Shown one piece after another: positions 1-9,074 of a stretch of DNA of 24,000 nt. Under the pieces are notes generated by a model. That model saw only the letters and a program-made list of their open reading frames with translations. It searched no databases and had not been told where the DNA came from. Source of the DNA: Gottschalkia acidurici 9a. GTDB taxonomy: Bacteria; Bacillota; Clostridia; Tissierellales; Gottschalkiaceae. Where the stretch lies: contig NC_018664.1 of assembly GCF_000299355.1 (NCBI RefSeq), positions 655,115 to 679,114 of the forward strand. Direction: 5' to 3'. Made by a program: the position numbers and the translations under genes. Position 1 is the first letter of the stretch. Each line of letters begins with the position of its first letter.

Positions 1-1433
1 TTTTGAGAATTAATCATAATTTCTTTAAATTCATCTACAGAAAGAGCTGCCTCTTGCCTTCTTTTAAAAACTTCACTTTCAAATAGATATCTGCTATAGA
101 TATCTACAACTATTTGTCCTGCATCAGAAACTAAAGATTCAAGAATACATAAAGCTTCCTTATCATTAGCTTCACTTAGAGCAGCATTAATTACTATAGT
201 TTCACAAAAAGTAGAAGCCGTCTCTGCAATGGGCATAGGGTAGCGAGTATTTAATATTGTCTGATCAGATAATAAGGAACCATGATAAGCATGACCTAAC
301 TCGTGAGCAAGAGTTGTTACACTACTAAAGCTACCATCAAAATTTGAAAGAATTCTGCTCTCACCTATCGAATGAATACTTGAACAAAAAGCTCCACCAC
401 TTTTACCTTCTCTTGGTTCAGCATCAATCCATTTATTTTTAAATGCTTTATAGGCAAAATCAGATAAATTTGTACTAAAAGTTCTAAAATTATCTACTAT
501 AAAGTCTTGAGCTTGTTTATAAGTGAACTTTATATCGATATCTCCTATTGGCGCAAATAAATCATAAAAAGGAAGTCCGTTTTTATGACCAAGTATTTCA
601 GCTTTTCTTTTAAAATACTTATGGAAACTAGATAAATCCTCGACTACTGCACTCATCATTGTATCTAGAGTTTCTGCATCCATTCTAGAATTAATTAAAG
701 TTTCCTCCAAAGGAGATGAGAAACCTCTCATACTAGATAAAGTTATTACTTCACCTTTAATTCCATTTAAACATGATGCAGATGAATCCTCAATTCTTTT
801 ATAGGACTTAAGCTCCATTTCATAAGCTTTTTTTCGTATATCTTTGTCTTTATCATAAGCCAGATTTCTAACTACAGATAAAGGTAATTGTTCACTGTCG
901 ATATCTACTAATAATGTAGACACTAACTTCTCGTAGAGTTTCATCCAAGCTTTTGAACCAGTATTTATCATCTTAGAGATTATTATTTCTTCTCTATCAC
1001 TTAAAAGATAATTAGATTTAAGTTTAATCTCTTTAAGATAAAATTCATGTTCTTTTAGAAAGTCAGAGCTATTTACTAAAGAATCTAAATTATCTAATAA
1101 TTTTATCCAAGACTTAAAAGTTACTAAAGGCTTTGTAAATTCAGTATACTTAATTTGTAGTTTTTCGAATGATTTAATAGCTTCTTCATTCCTAGCATTT
1201 ACACTTATAGATAAGTTAGCGTAAGTTATTAATTTAGTAAATACCTTTAAAAAGTCAATTTTCATCTTTAAAAAATTTTCGATTTTGTCTTTAGCATCCT
1301 TATATGAATTTAGATTAGATTTTGTCCAAGAACTTATGTAGCTTAACTTTTCATCACATAAAGAAAGATCATTGTCAAATTCTTTAGAATCGATAGATTT
1401 ATATAGTTCGTCCATACTCCATCTCATGTCCAT
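1..1433 (-). CDS. pepF: M3-family oligoendopeptidase F-like zinc metallopeptidase; partial, the C-terminal end runs off the window
   Basis: Manual reverse-strand translation from ATG (complement of 1431-1433) stays open to position 1 (about 477 codons): MDMRWSMDELYKSIDSKEFDNDLSLCDEK... It contains the HExxH zinc motif TTLAHELGHAYHGS (HELGH encoded at 291-305). It is missing from the ORF track because it is open-ended. Confidence 0.8.
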   Translation of the reverse strand, partial: MDMRWSMDELYKSIDSKEFDNDLSLCDEKLSYISSWTKSNLNSYKDAKDKIENFLKMKIDFLKVFTKLITYANLSISVNARNEEAIKSFEKLQIKYTEFTKPLVTFKSWIKLLDNLDSLVNSSDFLKEHEFYLKEIKLKSNYLLSDREEIIISKMINTGSKAWMKLYEKLVSTLLVDIDSEQLPLSVVRNLAYDKDKDIRKKAYEMELKSYKRIEDSSASCLNGIKGEVITLSSMRGFSSPLEETLINSRMDAETLDTMMSAVVEDLSSFHKYFKRKAEILGHKNGLPFYDLFAPIGDIDIKFTYKQAQDFIVDNFRTFSTNLSDFAYKAFKNKWIDAEPREGKSGGAFCSSIHSIGESRILSNFDGSFSSVTTLAHELGHAYHGSLLSDQTILNTRYPMPIAETASTFCETIVINAALSEANDKEALCILESLVSDAGQIVVDIYSRYLFESEVFKRRQEAALSVDEFKEIMINSQ

Positions 1434-1553
1434 AGAATCACTCCTAATATAATATGTGTTTTAATAACTATAACATAAAATAAGTAACATAATCACATAA
1501 CCATATACTGTTCATATTATATAAAGAAAATATATGGCAGGAGGTGTTTTAGA

Positions 1554-2207
1554 TTGAATGAAAATTGTTATAGTAGCAAATGTCTTAAAATAGGTATGAA
1601 AGCACCTGATTTCAAAGCGACTACTACTTTTGGTTCTTTAAGACTATCTAATTTAAGTGGAAAGTGGATAGTTCTATTTTCACACCCAGGAGATTTCACA
1701 CCAGTTTGTACTACAGAATTTATTTCTTTCTCTAAATATTATCATTGTTTTACAGAAAGAAACGTAGAGTTACTTGGACTAAGTATAGATAGTAATCCTT
1801 CCCACCTTGCATGGATTCATAACATATATGAAAATACAGGAGTTAAAATACCATTTCCTATAATAGCAGATAGAGATGGTAAAATATCTAGACTTTATGG
1901 GATGATAGCGGAAGATGTTAGTACGACGGAAACAGTTAGAAGTGTATTTATTATAGATGACAAGCAGATTATAAGAGCTATACTAACTTATCCATTAACT
2001 AATGGTAGAAATATTACAGAGATACTAAGATTAGTTGATGGTTTACAAACTACGGATAAATACAAAGTAGTTACACCTGCTAATTGGATGCCAGGTGATG
2101 ATGTACTAGTCCCACCTCCAATGACATATCAGGAATTATTAGAGAGAGAAAATGATCCTAGACTAAATTGTATAGATTGGTACTTATGTTATAAAAGACT
2201 ACCATAA
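1554..2207 (+). CDS. 1-Cys (Prx6-like) peroxiredoxin, AhpC/TSA family
   Basis: 217 aa with the peroxidatic motif FSHPGDFTPVCTTE. It aligns along its length, from memory, with Prx6-type proteins (LSIDS..HLAWI, PFPIIAD, TGRN..EILR). TTG start lies 8 nt after GGAGG (1541-1545). Confidence 0.9.
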   Translation: MNENCYSSKCLKIGMKAPDFKATTTFGSLRLSNLSGKWIVLFSHPGDFTPVCTTEFISFSKYYHCFTERNVELLGLSIDSNPSHLAWIHNIYENTGVKIPFPIIADRDGKISRLYGMIAEDVSTTETVRSVFIIDDKQIIRAILTYPLTNGRNITEILRLVDGLQTTDKYKVVTPANWMPGDDVLVPPPMTYQELLERENDPRLNCIDWYLCYKRLP

Positions 2208-2218
2208 AGATATAAAAG

Positions 2219-2256
2219 ACTTCTACAATAGAAATAATATTTGTAGAAGTTTTTTA
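2219..2256 (+). terminator. Rho-independent terminator after the peroxiredoxin gene
   Basis: Stem acttctacaa (2219-2228) pairs with ttgtagaagt (2241-2250) and is followed by a T-run. Confidence 0.6.
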
Positions 2257-2332
2257 GTAAGAGATGGATAGTTTAAATGAATCAAAATAGGAAAAATCTA
2301 TATACTTATGTAAGTTGATAAGAATAAAATAT

Positions 2333-2362
2333 TTGAATAAATGTAGATATACATGATATTAT
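2333..2362 (+). promoter_or_regulatory. Putative sigma-A promoter for the ABC ATPase gene
   Basis: TTGAAT (2333-2338), 18-nt spacer, then TGaTATTAT extended -10 (TATTAT 2357-2362). Sequence match only, in AT-rich DNA. Confidence 0.3.
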
Positions 2363-2436
2363 GACGCAGAGGGAAACAAACAAGTATTTATGTAGAAAGA
2401 ACTAATATAATATAGAAATATGAGGGTAAAAAGTAT

Positions 2437-3477
2437 ATGGGAATAACAATTCAAAATCTTACAAAAAAGTTCAATCAAGTTTATGGTGTGAAAAACTTAA
2501 ATGCAAATATTAAAGAAGGAGAGCTAGTATCTATCCTTGGACCGAGTGGATGTGGAAAAAGTACAACATTATTTTTAATAGCTGGTCTTCACACTCCTAC
2601 TTCAGGAAATATATATTTTGGTGACAAATTAATAAATGATGTTCCTATAGAAAAAAGAGGAATAGGAATGGTATTTCAAAACTATGCATTATATCCGCAT
2701 ATGACCGTAGAAAAAAATATAGGGTTTCCGTTAAAAATGCAAAAGTTAAATAAAAATGATATTAAACATAGAGTGGAAGAGATGTCGAAATTCTTACATA
2801 TAACGGAACTTCTTAAAAGAAAGCCTTCACAACTTTCTGGAGGACAACAACAAAGAGTAGCTATAGCAAGAGCCTTAATAAAGAAACCTCGAATACTATT
2901 ATTGGACGAGCCTTTTTCTAATCTTGATGCTCGGCTACGTATACAACTTAAACATGAAATTAAAAGAATACAACAAGAGTTAAATATAACTACATTGTTT
3001 GTAACTCATGACCAAGAAGAAGCAATGAGTATATCAGATAGAATACTACTAATGAAAGATGGAGTTCTTCAACAGTTTGATACACCGTCAGACATGTATT
3101 TAAAACCTAAAAATGAGTTTGTAGCTAGATTTTTAGGAAATCCAGAAATAAACTTACTAGAAGTTGATGAAATAATAGATAAAGATAAAATAAAAGTTAA
3201 AGGTTTTAGTAAAGTCATAAATATAAGAAATTGTTGTGAGGAATCAGAATTAAATAATACAGTAACTAAAATAGGGATAAGACCAGAAGATATATCTATA
3301 GTGAAAAGTGATGACTTCGACTTTGAAGGTGAAATTATAAACTATCAGATGTTAGGTAAAGAAGTACATTTAATAATTAAAATAGAGGACATAACAATAA
3401 CTACTGTCACACCTTGGACTTCAGAAAATATAAAAGGAAAAGTAAAATTAAAAATAAATAAAATTCATGTTTTTTAG
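2437..3477 (+). CDS. Stand-alone ABC transporter ATP-binding protein, MalK/UgpC/MsmX type with a C-terminal TOBE-like domain
   Basis: 346 aa with Walker A GPSGCGKST, signature LSGGQQQRVAIARAL, Walker B ILLLDEPFSNLD and H-loop VTHD. No permease or binding-protein gene is adjacent. Confidence 0.9.
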   Translation: MGITIQNLTKKFNQVYGVKNLNANIKEGELVSILGPSGCGKSTTLFLIAGLHTPTSGNIYFGDKLINDVPIEKRGIGMVFQNYALYPHMTVEKNIGFPLKMQKLNKNDIKHRVEEMSKFLHITELLKRKPSQLSGGQQQRVAIARALIKKPRILLLDEPFSNLDARLRIQLKHEIKRIQQELNITTLFVTHDQEEAMSISDRILLMKDGVLQQFDTPSDMYLKPKNEFVARFLGNPEINLLEVDEIIDKDKIKVKGFSKVINIRNCCEESELNNTVTKIGIRPEDISIVKSDDFDFEGEIINYQMLGKEVHLIIKIEDITITTVTPWTSENIKGKVKLKINKIHVF

Positions 3478-3548
3478 TAAGTGTAAATTTAAATAGTAAT
3501 TTATATTTAGAAAAATTAGAATGAAAAGTTTTTAAAAATATAAAAAAT

Positions 3549-3598
3549 AAAACTCTTTTTCAAATAAAATATAATTTGAGAAGGAGTTTTATTTTTAT
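3549..3598 (+). terminator. Rho-independent terminator after the ABC ATPase gene
   Basis: aaaactctttttcaaat pairs with atttgagaaggagtttt (17-bp stem with two G-U pairs, 3549-3590), followed by atttttat. Confidence 0.55.
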
Positions 3599-3602
3599 AT
3601 AC

Positions 3603-3628
3603 GAAAAAATTCTATTAACATAATAGAA
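3603..3628 (-). terminator. Weak AT-rich terminator for the minus-strand Cys-rich gene
   Basis: On the minus strand, TTCTATTA-TGT-TAATAGAA is followed by TTTTTT (plus-strand a-run 3604-3609). Confidence 0.4.
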
Positions 3629-3642
3629 GTCTTAGTAAAAAA

Positions 3643-3903
3643 CTACTGCTTTTTACTTCCTAAATCTATGACTTCTTTTATCTTAGACATAACAAACTCA
3701 TATCCGTTTTTACCATGAGAAGCTAAGCAATCAGAGCAATCTTTTATATCATTTTTATATTTAAAATTACCACCACATTTATTTCCAAGAGCATATAACG
3801 GGCAAAAGCAAAATAGACAATTAAAATGTTCTAAGTCATGAGTTTTATGACAAGGAAAATATTCGCATTTCTTATTTTGAAAAAACTTATAATTTTTATT
3901 CAT
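3643..3903 (-). CDS. Small cysteine-rich metal-binding-type protein (resembles the 'cysteine-rich small domain' family, from memory PF04071/COG2158)
   Basis: 86 aa with 8 Cys and several His in a fixed pattern: CEYFPCH..H..FNCLFCFCPLY...CGG......CSDC..H. It has its own SD (aggtgatg context upstream of 3903). Confidence 0.7.
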   Translation of the reverse strand: MNKNYKFFQNKKCEYFPCHKTHDLEHFNCLFCFCPLYALGNKCGGNFKYKNDIKDCSDCLASHGKNGYEFVMSKIKEVIDLGSKKQ

Positions 3904-4145
3904 TAGACATCACCTCATAACTAATAATATTTACACTAATAATATATAGTATAAATCTTTGAAGAGCAAATGTATACATGTAGAGCTCTGTTTACTCTTA
4001 TTTACATAGGGTATATTTTATCCAAGTTAAACTATATAATGATTTATTGTTTTAGAAAATCACAGTTCGTTAAAAAATTGATATTAAAATTAGAATAATA
4101 GCATACTAATATAAGAGTTAAAAATAAATGTAAAGAGGTAGGTGA

Positions 4146-5459
4146 ATGTTTCTCATGAGATCAGTTGAATTTGATTATTCTAATTCTTTAATTAAAGAAC
4201 ATGAGATTGTAGCATTAAAACAACAAATAGATATTATACACGATAATATACATAATAAAGTCGGAATAGGTAATGAATATTTAGGATGGGTAGATTATCC
4301 CATAAACTATGACAAAAAAGAATTTGAAGATATAAAGAGGGTTTCAGAAAAAATAAAGCAAGATTCTGATATTATGATTGTAATAGGGATAGGAGGATCT
4401 TACTTAGGGGCAAGAGCGGTTATAGAATCACTTCAACATTCATTTCATGATTTACTACCAAAAGAAAAAAGTAATAATACTAAAATATTATTTGTAGGAA
4501 ATAACTTAAGCAGCACTTATATTAGTGAACTTATGGAATCTATAGAAGGAAAGGATATAAGTCTAAATGTTATATCTAAATCTGGAACTACTACAGAACC
4601 TGCTATAGCGTTCAGAGTATTAAGAGATTATATGAAAAAAATCTATGGAGATAGAGCTAAAGAGCGAATATATGTTACTACAGATAAAGAGAGTGGAAGT
4701 CTTAGACAGTTAGCAATACAAGAAGGATATCAAACATTTACTATACCAGATGATATTGGAGGTAGATATTCTGTACTAACACCTGTAGGGCTTCTCCCTA
4801 TAGCAGTAGCAGGAGTAGATATAGATAGACTTATGGAAGGTGCATATGATGCTGTAAAGGAATATGAAGAAAAGGACTTACATAAAAATAACTGTTATAA
4901 GTATGCAGCTATTAGAAATATTCTTAATAGAAGAGGTAAGGACATAGAGCTATTAGCAACACATGAATTTTCTTTGCACTTTTTTTCTGAATGGTGGAAG
5001 CAATTATTTGGTGAAACTGAAGGAAAAGACGGAAGAGGGATATTTCCAGCATCTATATGCTACACAACAGACTTACATTCACTTGGTCAATATATACAGG
5101 ACGGAAGAAGAAATATATTTGAAACTTTAATAAATATAGAAAAGCCTAAAAAAGAAATATATATGTTTGAAGATAGTGACAATATAGATGAACTAAACTA
5201 TTTAAGCGGAAAAAGCATAGATTTTATATGTAAAAGAGCAATGGAAGGAACCATAAAAGCCCATGTTTCAGGTGGAGTTCCAAATTTAATTGTAAATGTA
5301 CCTAAAATTGATGAGTATTACATTGGACAACTAATCTACTTTTTTCAGAAATCATGTGCAGTAAGCGGATACCTATTAGGAATAAATCCATTTAATCAAC
5401 CAGGGGTAGAAGAGTATAAGAAAAATATGTTTGACTTACTAGAAAGAGAATACATCTAA
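4146..5459 (+). CDS. pgi: Glucose-6-phosphate isomerase (short Firmicutes type)
   Basis: 437 aa with [20 protein letters not shown] and GGRYSVL motifs. GAGG (4135-4138) lies 7 nt before the ATG at 4146. An in-frame alternative ATG is at 4155. Confidence 0.93.
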   Translation: MFLMRSVEFDYSNSLIKEHEIVALKQQIDIIHDNIHNKVGIGNEYLGWVDYPINYDKKEFEDIKRVSEKIKQDSDIMIVIGIGGSYLGARAVIESLQHSFHDLLPKEKSNNTKILFVGNNLSSTYISELMESIEGKDISLNVISKSGTTTEPAIAFRVLRDYMKKIYGDRAKERIYVTTDKESGSLRQLAIQEGYQTFTIPDDIGGRYSVLTPVGLLPIAVAGVDIDRLMEGAYDAVKEYEEKDLHKNNCYKYAAIRNILNRRGKDIELLATHEFSLHFFSEWWKQLFGETEGKDGRGIFPASICYTTDLHSLGQYIQDGRRNIFETLINIEKPKKEIYMFEDSDNIDELNYLSGKSIDFICKRAMEGTIKAHVSGGVPNLIVNVPKIDEYYIGQLIYFFQKSCAVSGYLLGINPFNQPGVEEYKKNMFDLLEREYI

Positions 5460-5488
5460 GCTAGATCAAAAGGGGTGTGAGTTACTAA

Positions 5489-7369
5489 TTGGATAATATA
5501 GAAATAAGAAACTATAAGAAAATGGGAGCACACATACGAACTGAGAACAAGCAGAATGGCGTAAGATTTTCAGTATGGGCTCCTAATGCTAGACAAGTAA
5601 GCGTGGCTGGAGATTTTAATGATTGGAACGGTCGTAAGCATAAAATGATAAAGGACAAAGATACTGGAATGTGGTCACTATTTATACCAGGATTAAAAGA
5701 AGGAGATTTATATAAATATGATATAGAAGATGTAAATGGAAAAAGAGTTTTAAAGTCAGATCCGTATGGATTTCTACATGAAAAAAGACCAAATACAGCT
5801 TCTATAGTATACGACTTATTTGAATATCAATGGAATGATGTAGGGTTCAGAAGAGGAAAAAGAGTAAATAAAATGTATGAAGGACCTATAAATATATATG
5901 AAGTTCATCTAGGATCATGGAAAAGGAAAAAGGACGGAGAATTCATGACTTATAGGGAATTAGCAGATGAACTTGTAGAATATACACTAGACATGGGATA
6001 TACGCACATAGAAATCATGCCTATTATAGAGCACCCATACGATGGATCATGGGGCTATCAAGGTGTCGGATACTATTCAGTGACTAGTAGATACGGTGAA
6101 CCTAGAGATTTTATGTACTTTGTAGATAAGTGTCACCAAGCTGGTATAGGTGTTATATTGGACTGGATACCTGCCCACTTTTGTAAAGACATACATGGAC
6201 TAGCTAAATTTGATGGAACTTGTTTATATGAATATGGAAATCATATGAAAGCTGAAAACTATCAGTGGGGCACACTGAATTTCGATTTAGGAAGAGATGA
6301 GGTTATTAGCTATCTGATATCTAATGCAATATTTTATATAGATGTATTTCATATAGATGGACTAAGGGTAGATGCAGTTAGTAGTATGTTATATTTAGAT
6401 TTTTGTAAAGAGCACGGTCAATGGATACCAAATAGATATGGTGGAAGAGAAAATTTAGAGGCTATTGAATTTATGCGAAAAATGAATGAAACAATATATG
6501 AAAATTATCCTAACACATTTATGATAGCAGAAGAATCCTCAGCATGGCCTTTGGTAAGTAGTCCAACTTATTTAGGAGGGCTAGGATATAACTATAAGTG
6601 GAATATGGGATGGATGAACGACATATTAGAGTATATGGAGAAAGAAACCATACATAGAAAATGGCATCATAATTTGATTACCTTTTCTATTATGTACACG
6701 TACTCTGAAAACTTCATACTACCATTATCTCATGATGAAGTTGTCCACGGTAAGAAATCACTACTAGATAAAATGCCCGGAGACTATTGGCAGAAATTTG
6801 CTAACTTAAGATTACTCTATGGTTATATGATGGGACATCCAGGTAAAAAGTTGTTATTTATGGGTGGAGAATTTGGACAGTTTATAGAGTGGAAATATGA
6901 TGATGAGCTAGATTGGTTTTTACTAGATTATGATATGCATGAGAAAGTTAAAAACTACACTAGGGATTTAAATGCCCTTTACAAAGAGGAAAGATCGTTA
7001 TGGGAATTAGACCATAAGCAAGAGGGATTTGAATGGATAGATCCTAATAACAGTGAACAAAGTATAATCACTTTTATGAGAAAAGGTAAGAAAGAAAGAG
7101 ACTTATTAATTATAGTGTGTAATTTTACTCCTCAGGTATATGAAAAATATAAGATAGGAGTTCCTTTTCTAGGAGAATATCAAGAAGTGTTTAATAGTGA
7201 TTATGAAAAGTATGGAGGCTCGAACTTTATTAACAAAGAAATATTAGTATCAGATAATGCTAAATGGAATAATCAAAAATATTCCTTAGAAATAAATATA
7301 CCACCTCTTGGGGTAGCCTATTTCAAACTAGAGAATTTAATTGAAAAGAGTACGGAAAAAAAGGGGTAA
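5489..7369 (+). CDS. glgB: 1,4-alpha-glucan branching enzyme
   Basis: 626 aa, GH13 branching-enzyme pattern (VWAPNA..V.V.GDFNDW, GYQGVGYY, DWIPAHF, GLRVDAV, IAEES, SHDEVVHGK). TTG start at 5489 lies 29 nt after the pgi stop. The SD spacing is long, so the alternative start ATG 5522 is possible. Confidence 0.93.
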   Translation: MDNIEIRNYKKMGAHIRTENKQNGVRFSVWAPNARQVSVAGDFNDWNGRKHKMIKDKDTGMWSLFIPGLKEGDLYKYDIEDVNGKRVLKSDPYGFLHEKRPNTASIVYDLFEYQWNDVGFRRGKRVNKMYEGPINIYEVHLGSWKRKKDGEFMTYRELADELVEYTLDMGYTHIEIMPIIEHPYDGSWGYQGVGYYSVTSRYGEPRDFMYFVDKCHQAGIGVILDWIPAHFCKDIHGLAKFDGTCLYEYGNHMKAENYQWGTLNFDLGRDEVISYLISNAIFYIDVFHIDGLRVDAVSSMLYLDFCKEHGQWIPNRYGGRENLEAIEFMRKMNETIYENYPNTFMIAEESSAWPLVSSPTYLGGLGYNYKWNMGWMNDILEYMEKETIHRKWHHNLITFSIMYTYSENFILPLSHDEVVHGKKSLLDKMPGDYWQKFANLRLLYGYMMGHPGKKLLFMGGEFGQFIEWKYDDELDWFLLDYDMHEKVKNYTRDLNALYKEERSLWELDHKQEGFEWIDPNNSEQSIITFMRKGKKERDLLIIVCNFTPQVYEKYKIGVPFLGEYQEVFNSDYEKYGGSNFINKEILVSDNAKWNNQKYSLEINIPPLGVAYFKLENLIEKSTEKKG

Positions 7370-7388
7370 GCAACAGTCAAGATAAATA

Positions 7389-7404
7389 TATAAAACTATA
7401 TAAA
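7389..7404. repeat. Left copy of the 16-bp imperfect inverted repeat flanking the IS
   Basis: TATAAAACTATATAAA versus the reverse complement of 9209-9224, TATAAAACTCTATAAA (15/16 identical). Confidence 0.45.
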
Positions 7405-7448
7405 TATTTTAAGTTTATTGTTTGCTATTTATATAGATGGTCATACAA

Positions 7449-7981
7449 ATGAAATATTATTCAATAGGTGAGTTTTCAAAATTAACTGTAAAGGCAGTAT
7501 AGACTTTAAGAAGTTTGGATAATGATGGACAATTAAAGCTACATCATATATCTAAAGGTAGTTTTAGATGATATTCCAAAGAACAACTTAATCATTTTGG
7601 GGGAATTAAAAGAGAAAGACAACTAAATAAAAAGATAATAGGGTATTGTAGAGTCAGCTTTCACGAACAAAAAGATGATTTGGAACGTTAAATTGAAAAT
7701 GTTAAAACATATATGATATCTAATTCAGAAGTTGAAGAGATAGTAATTCTATATAAAGATAGATAATTAAGATTTGACTTTGAAATCATAGAAAATCTAT
7801 GTAATGAGTATGATACTACTATTGAAATTATAGATAATACTGAAAAGATAGAAGAACAGAATTAGTTTAGGATTTAGTTCAAACTGTTACACTCTTTAGT
7901 AAGTTAGAAGGTAAGAAAGTAAATAAAGCAAAGAAAATGATTAAGGAGCTATTAGAGGATGATACTGGCGAAGAAAGTTAG
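7449..7981 (+). pseudogene. tnpA: IS607-type tnpA (MerR-like HTH plus serine recombinase) pseudogene
   Basis: Translation reads MKYYSIGEFSKLTVKAV*TLRSLDNDGQLKLHHISKGSFR*YSKEQL...IIGYCRVSFHEQKDDLER*IENVKTYM..EEIVILYKDR*LRFDFEIIENLCNEYDTTIEIID...EEQ then (frameshift) LV*DLVQTVTLFSKLEGKKVNKAKKMIKELLEDD. Stops are at 7500, 7569, 7689, 7764 and 7868, with a -1 frameshift near 7860. The segment between ERQIE... and ...YKDRL is about 30 codons shorter than expected. Confidence 0.8.
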
Positions 7982-9074
7982 AATTATACCTAATACAGAA
8001 GAAGAACAACAACTTTGGAAATCTGTTGGAACTGCAAGATTTATATATAACTGGACACTTAAAAGACAAGAAGAGAACTATGAAAATGGTGATAAATTTA
8101 TAAGTGATGGAGATTTAAGAAAAGAAATCACTTTAATGAAGCAAACAGAAGAATATAAATGGCTTAAAGGAGTGTCTAACAATATAGCAAAACAGGCAGT
8201 AAAAGATGCTTGTAATGCTTATAAAAGATTCTTTAAAGGATTAGCAGATAAGCCAAGATTTAAAAGCAAAAGAAGAAGCAAGCCATCATTTTATAATGAC
8301 AATGAAAAACTAAAAGTTAAATATAAACAGATTCTTATAGAAAAAGTAGGTTGGATTAAAACATCAGAACAAATACCAATGGATGTTAAGTATACTAATC
8401 CAAGAGTAAGTTTTGATGGGAAGTACTGGTATATATCTGTAGGAATTGAGAAAAAATATCCCAAAATAGAATTGACTGGTGAAAGCATAGGTATAGATGT
8501 TGGAATTAAAGATCTTGCCATATGCTCTAATGGAATGGTTTTTAAAAATATTAATAAAACAAGGTTAGTAAAGAAATTAGAAAAAAGATTACGTAGGTTG
8601 CAACGTAAAGTATCAAGAAAGTATGAATTAAATAAAGAAGGGAGGAAGTTCGTCAAAACAAGCAACATTATAAAACTTGAAAAGCAAATTAGATTACTTC
8701 ATAGAAAGTTATCTAATATTAGAAACAACCACTTACACCAGGCAACTACTAAGATAGTGAAAACCAAGCCATCAAGAGTAGTAATGGAAACACTTAATAT
8801 AAAAGGAATGATGAAGAATAAACATTTATCAAAAGCTATAGCCAAACAAGGGTTGTATGAGTTTAAAAGACAACTTCAATATAAATGTGAATACTATGGG
8901 ATTGAATTTATTGAAGCTGATAAATGGTATCCATCATCAAAGACATGTAGTGAGTGTGGTCATTTGAAAGCTAAATTATCACTATCAGAAAGAACCTATA
9001 TCTGTGAAGAATGTAAAACTATAATAGATAGAGATTTAAATGCATCAATTAATTTAAGCAGATATTCAGCATAA
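7959..9074 (+). CDS. tnpB: TnpB (OrfB) RNA-guided endonuclease-family protein, apparently intact
   Basis: 371 aa with no lesions. RuvC-I is IGIDVGIKDLA (D180, 8496-8498), RuvC-II is VVMETLNIKGM (E277, 8787-8789), RuvC-III is IIDRDLNASINL (D359, 9033-9035), and the zinc finger is CSECG...CEEC (C330/C333/C349/C352). GGAG lies 10 nt upstream of the ATG. Confidence 0.93.
   Translation: MILAKKVRIIPNTEEEQQLWKSVGTARFIYNWTLKRQEENYENGDKFISDGDLRKEITLMKQTEEYKWLKGVSNNIAKQAVKDACNAYKRFFKGLADKPRFKSKRRSKPSFYNDNEKLKVKYKQILIEKVGWIKTSEQIPMDVKYTNPRVSFDGKYWYISVGIEKKYPKIELTGESIGIDVGIKDLAICSNGMVFKNINKTRLVKKLEKRLRRLQRKVSRKYELNKEGRKFVKTSNIIKLEKQIRLLHRKLSNIRNNHLHQATTKIVKTKPSRVVMETLNIKGMMKNKHLSKAIAKQGLYEFKRQLQYKCEYYGIEFIEADKWYPSSKTCSECGHLKAKLSLSERTYICEECKTIIDRDLNASINLSRYSA

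Noticed and set aside
1434-1553. A PerR/Fur-type box upstream of the peroxiredoxin gene
   Set aside because: AT-rich near-matches (for example ttaataactataa) do not fit the TTATAATnATTATAA consensus well enough to distinguish them from background.
3904-4145. A cre (CcpA) or Spo0A box upstream of pgi and the glycogen operon
   Set aside because: The only CG-centred candidate (around 4066) fails the TGWNANCGNTNWCA pattern on both strands. The nearest 0A-like sequence (TAACGAA) has a mismatch at a core position.
8291-8668. A 125-aa minus-strand ORF antisense to tnpB
   Set aside because: It lies entirely inside the well-supported tnpB frame. It has a low-complexity Leu/Ser/Phe-rich translation typical of the antisense of A-rich coding DNA, and no SD.
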